Of a DNA stretch of 10,523 nt, positions 7,283 to 10,523 are shown one piece after another. The stretch comes from a bacterium (GTDB lineage Bacteria > Zhuqueibacterota > Zhuqueibacteria > Oceanimicrobiales > Oceanimicrobiaceae): the NCBI GenBank assembly GCA_046757525.1, contig JBHHYI010000143.1, positions 1 through 10,523 on the forward strand. Reading direction: 5' to 3'. The first letter of the stretch is position 1. Every line of letters starts with the position of its first letter. A program made the position numbers and the translations under genes. The notes under the pieces were generated by a model. That model worked only from the letters and a program-made list of their open reading frames with translations, searched no databases and had not been told where the DNA came from.

Positions 7283-8287
7283 ATGAGCATGGCTCTGGAT
7301 GCTCCAGAATTCAGCCTTGACCTCGCAGTGGAAGCCGAGCAGGTGCCAACACCATTGATCGAGCAAGTGGGCCACACGCCCCTGCTCAAATTGACCCGAT
7401 TGGCAAGGGACGTGTCGCCGGTTGAGATCTTCGCCAAAGCAGAGTGGTTCAACCCGGGCGGGTCGGTAAAGGACAGAGCTGCCTTGAACATGATCCTGGA
7501 GGGCGAGAAGTCTGGTGCATTGACCAGAGAGAAGACCATTCTCGATGCAACCTCGGGTAACACCGGCATCGCCTACGCCATGTTTGGGGCTGCGCTTGGC
7601 TACAAGGTTAAGCTCACCGTTCCGCTAAATGCGGGCAAAGCCTTCAAGAACATTCTCACGACCCTGGGGGCAGAACTGGTCTACACCGACCCACAATATG
7701 GTTCAGACGGTGCCATAATAGAGGCCGTGCGAATTTTTGAGCAATCTCCTGAAAGGTATTTTTATCCCGACCAGTACAACAATCCAGCCAACTGGTTGGC
7801 CCATTACAAAGGTACGGGCGAGGAGATCATTCAGCAAACAGCAGGCAGGGTCACCCATTTTGTCGCGGGTCTGGGCACCAGTGGAACTTTCGTGGGCACC
7901 GGACGCCGTTTAAGAGCGTACAACCAACACATTCAGCTCATTTCGGTGCAACCCGATTCGCCTCTGCACGGGTTAGAGGGCCTCAAACACATGGAATCTG
8001 CCAGGGTTCCGGGGATTTACGATGCCACTCTGGCCGATTTAAACATCGAAATCAGCACAGAACGGGCCCAGCAAATGGTCAAACGCCTGGCCAGGGAAGA
8101 GGGACTGCTCGTGGGCCTTTCTTCAGGCGCGGCCATGGCGGCAGCTTACGAAGTAGCCCGCGGGTTGACTTCGGGACTGATTGTGGTTATTTTTCCAGAC
8201 AGCGCACACAAATATTTTGATCAAAGGTTTTGGGAGGAGGACGACCATGGCACTCAAAATCAATTTAGCCAAACTGGAATTGATTAA
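7283..8287 (+). CDS. cysM: PLP-dependent cysteine synthase, CysM-type (probably sulfur-carrier dependent)
   Basis: AKAEWFNPGGSVKDR (PLP Lys), DATSGNTG, QYNNPAN, GLGTSGT, EEGLLVGLSSGA. Has HGLEGLKHM rather than the CysK-type QGIGAG loop. Adjacent to mec and a CysO/MoeB fusion. Confidence 0.88.
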   Translation: MSMALDAPEFSLDLAVEAEQVPTPLIEQVGHTPLLKLTRLARDVSPVEIFAKAEWFNPGGSVKDRAALNMILEGEKSGALTREKTILDATSGNTGIAYAMFGAALGYKVKLTVPLNAGKAFKNILTTLGAELVYTDPQYGSDGAIIEAVRIFEQSPERYFYPDQYNNPANWLAHYKGTGEEIIQQTAGRVTHFVAGLGTSGTFVGTGRRLRAYNQHIQLISVQPDSPLHGLEGLKHMESARVPGIYDATLADLNIEISTERAQQMVKRLAREEGLLVGLSSGAAMAAAYEVARGLTSGLIVVIFPDSAHKYFDQRFWEEDDHGTQNQFSQTGID

Positions 8288-8687
8288 AGCTGATGGTGAG
8301 GAGGCTTATCCCAGCGAATGTTGTGGCTTTTTGCTGGGAAGATTTGACAACAACGACAAAGAGGTTCTGTTAACCCTGGGCGCAATGAATGCACGCGAGG
8401 AAAGCGAACAGTATCATCGCTACTTAATCGATCCACAAGCTTTTCTGCAAGGAGAGAAGTTTGCCCGAGAACGGAATATGGAGATTGTCGGCTTTTACCA
8501 TTCGCATCCCGACGCGGAGGCGAGACCTTCGAATTATGACCTGGAGCATGGCTGGCCCCGGTATTCGTACGTGATCGTGTCGGTCAAAAACCGTCGCGCC
8601 CAGGAGGTCACTTCCTGGCTACTCCAGGATGACCGCTCAAAGTTTTTGCAAGAAGAGATCGTAATAGAGAGCACGCAAGACGACTAA
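8247..8687 (+). CDS. mec: JAMM/MPN+ (M67) metallopeptidase, Mec-like CysO-cysteine peptidase
   Basis: YPSECCGFLLG and GFYHSHPDAEARPSNYD (E...HxH-x7-S-x2-D). ATG 8247 after GGAGGAGG (8233-8240), rather than the upstream start at 8181. 146 aa. Confidence 0.88.
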   Translation: MALKINLAKLELIKADGEEAYPSECCGFLLGRFDNNDKEVLLTLGAMNAREESEQYHRYLIDPQAFLQGEKFARERNMEIVGFYHSHPDAEARPSNYDLEHGWPRYSYVIVSVKNRRAQEVTSWLLQDDRSKFLQEEIVIESTQDD

Positions 8688-8732
8688 ACGGATGAAAATT
8701 CATGAAGTTAATGTTTCTTAGGAGAACACAAA

Positions 8733-10178
8733 ATGTCAGTTAAAATACTCATTCCGACGGCCCTGCGGCAATACGCGGCCAATCAAAGCGCTGTGGAGGT
8801 CGAGGGCCAAACCGTTGAGCAGTTGTTCGACCACCTGGTCGCCCAATTCCCGGACTTGAAGAAGCACCTGTTTGCTGAAGACGGCAACATCAGAAATTTT
8901 GTCAATGTGTACGTCAACGACGACGATATTCGCTACCTGGAAAAGACTGCCACGCGTGTGAAGGCCGGGGATGTGATCAGCATTGTTCCGTCCGTGGCGG
9001 GGGGCAGCCTTGGGAGCGCCTCCAACGGAACCGTGGAGTTCTCCAAGGCTGAAATCGAACGGTACAGCCGCCACCTCATCATGCCAGAGGTGGCCCTGGA
9101 AGGCCAAAAGAAACTCAAACAGGCAAGCGTGCTGCTCATCGGAATGGGAGGCCTGGGTTCCCCGTTAGCCATGTACCTGGCGGCCGCTGGCCTCGGTCGA
9201 ATCGGCATGGTGGATTTCGACGTGGTGGATTCTACCAATCTGCAGCGCCAGGTCATCTATTCCACCGACGACGTTGGCAATCCGAAACTGCAGTCCGCAC
9301 AGGAACGCCTCAAAGGGATCAACCCGTACGTTCAAATCGACGCCTACGAAACAAAGCTTACCTCTCAGAACGCTCTGGACATTTTCGCGAATTACGACAT
9401 CATCATCGACGGGACGGATAATTTCCCCACCCGCTATTTGGTGAACGATGCGTGCGTGCTTCTGGGCAAGCCCAACGTTTACGGCAGCATTTTCCGCTTT
9501 GAGGGTCAAATCTCCGTGTTTTACGCGAAGCAAGGCCCTTGCTACCGCTGCCTCTACCCGGAACCGCCCCCACCGGGTCTGGTGCCCAGTTGCGCCGAGG
9601 GCGGTGTTCTGGGCATCTTGCCCGGCAGCGTAGGACTGTTGCAGGCGACCGAAGCCATTAAACTGATCATCGGCAAAGGCGAGCCGCTCATCGGCCGTTT
9701 GCTCTTGTATGACGCCCTGGCCATGAAGTTCAGGGAACTGACTCTGAAGAAGGACCCGGCCTGCCCAATTTGCGGCGAAAGCCCGGTCATTCGTCACTTA
9801 ATCGACTACGAGGAGTTTTGCGGCATCGGCACCGCGGCCGAAAGAATTGTCTTGGAGCCGGAGTTCGAAATCTCCGCCACGGAGCTGCAAGCAAGAATTG
9901 CCCAAAATGACGGTACGTTTCTTTTGGATGTGCGTGAACCCCACGAAGTAGCTATCTGCCAGATTCCCAACTCAAAGCTGATTCCACTGAATCAACTGGC
10001 AACGCGCGTACATGAGTTGGATCGTTCGTGGGACATCGTGGCTTACTGCCGCTCTGGCGTGCGCAGCGCCGCGGCTGTGAAATTCTTGCGCGAGGCGGGC
10101 TTTGCCACGGTGAAGAACCTGGTCGGCGGCATTTTAGCCTGGTCCGACCAGGTGGATCCCAGCGTCCCAAAATATTAA
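8733..10178 (+). CDS. moeB: Fusion protein: MoaD/ThiS/CysO ubiquitin-like sulfur carrier + MoeB/ThiF (E1-like) adenylyltransferase + rhodanese (MoeZ-like)
   Basis: aa 1-91 beta-grasp (VKILIPTALR...NVYVNDDDIRYL...SIVPSVAGG). RYSRHL, IGMGGLGS, TNLQRQ, GTDNF, CYRC, PSCAEGG and CPIC mark the E1-like domain. LDVREPHE and YCRSGVRS mark the rhodanese. AGGAG SD upstream. Confidence 0.93.
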   Translation: MSVKILIPTALRQYAANQSAVEVEGQTVEQLFDHLVAQFPDLKKHLFAEDGNIRNFVNVYVNDDDIRYLEKTATRVKAGDVISIVPSVAGGSLGSASNGTVEFSKAEIERYSRHLIMPEVALEGQKKLKQASVLLIGMGGLGSPLAMYLAAAGLGRIGMVDFDVVDSTNLQRQVIYSTDDVGNPKLQSAQERLKGINPYVQIDAYETKLTSQNALDIFANYDIIIDGTDNFPTRYLVNDACVLLGKPNVYGSIFRFEGQISVFYAKQGPCYRCLYPEPPPPGLVPSCAEGGVLGILPGSVGLLQATEAIKLIIGKGEPLIGRLLLYDALAMKFRELTLKKDPACPICGESPVIRHLIDYEEFCGIGTAAERIVLEPEFEISATELQARIAQNDGTFLLDVREPHEVAICQIPNSKLIPLNQLATRVHELDRSWDIVAYCRSGVRSAAAVKFLREAGFATVKNLVGGILAWSDQVDPSVPKY

Positions 10179-10194
10179 GAGAAAATCTGCCGTG

Positions 10195-10404
10195 CTAAGA
10201 CTTCTTGTTTTCGTCTTTTTTTAAAACATATTCAGTGGTAAATTTCTGCTTCAACGATTGCACCACTTTCTCGACCATTGTGGGAGGTAGACACCAGCCG
10301 CCCAACAACACGAAAACGGTCAAGAGCAGAATGGACAAGAAACGGAGCAGCTTCCTGGCACAAGCCATGAGATTGGGTTTTCTAATTCTTTTGAATGTGC
10401 TCAT
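10195..10404 (-). CDS. Small hypothetical protein with one hydrophobic segment (69 aa)
   Basis: ATG 10404 preceded by GGAG on the minus strand. Basic N-terminus, then LLRFLSILLLTVFVLLGGW, then a Lys-rich tail. Convergent with the moeB fusion (16-nt gap). No recognised family. Confidence 0.5.
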   Translation of the reverse strand: MSTFKRIRKPNLMACARKLLRFLSILLLTVFVLLGGWCLPPTMVEKVVQSLKQKFTTEYVLKKDENKKS

Positions 10405-10503
10405 GAGGTTCTCCACGGTTTAACAGCGATTCTCGACCCGCGGCACAAGGATGGCCGCAACACCCCCAATAGCCCTGCCACCTCTGGCGCCCTAACCAAA
10501 GCC

Positions 10504-10522
10504 GACCTTCTTCAAGAAGGTT
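10504..10522. repeat. Short palindrome related to the one at 67-99 (possibly truncated by the window edge)
   Basis: G-ACCTTCTT-C-AAGAAGGT-T: perfect 8-bp arms (10505-10512 and 10514-10521) around a central C. Confidence 0.5.
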
Positions 10523-10523
10523 A

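Noticed and set aside
10197..10222. AAGAC...GTCTT + T-run as terminator after the moeB fusion
   Set aside because: Only a 5-bp AT-rich stem with an 11-nt loop. The T-run is explained by Lys codons of the opposite-strand ORF.
10205..10423. 72-aa plus-strand ORF
   Set aside because: TTG start without SD, and antisense to the better-supported minus-strand ORF.
10382..10522. Minus-strand open frame entering from the right edge (NLLEEGRLWLGRQRWQGYWGCCGHPC...)
   Set aside because: Truncated and unrecognisable. An alternative frame (TFLKKVGFG*) or non-coding DNA with a palindrome is equally plausible.

Overview
Bacterial window with two co-oriented (+) gene clusters. Cluster 1 (219-7043) handles acyl-CoA metabolism: carboxyltransferase (PccB-like), dodecin, STAS anti-anti-sigma protein, biotin carboxylase, MeaB GTPase and a split B12-dependent acyl-CoA mutase. 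The mutase large subunit carries the Phe/Gln active-site signature of isobutyryl-CoA mutase rather than the Tyr/Arg of methylmalonyl-CoA mutase. Cluster 2 (7283-10178) is a sulfur-carrier-dependent cysteine biosynthesis operon: CysM-type synthase, JAMM/Mec peptidase and a single fused MoaD/CysO-MoeB(E1)-rhodanese protein whose Gly-Gly motif is internal. The most notable feature lies between the clusters and is missed by the ORF track: a 35-aa leader ORF with a CCCCIC run (7083-7190), followed by mutually exclusive antiterminator and terminator hairpins just upstream of cysM. This is the full architecture of a cysteine-sensing, ribosome-mediated attenuator. Two related palindromes (67-99 and 10504-10522) suggest a REP-like dispersed repeat. 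A small convergent putative membrane-protein ORF lies near the right end.
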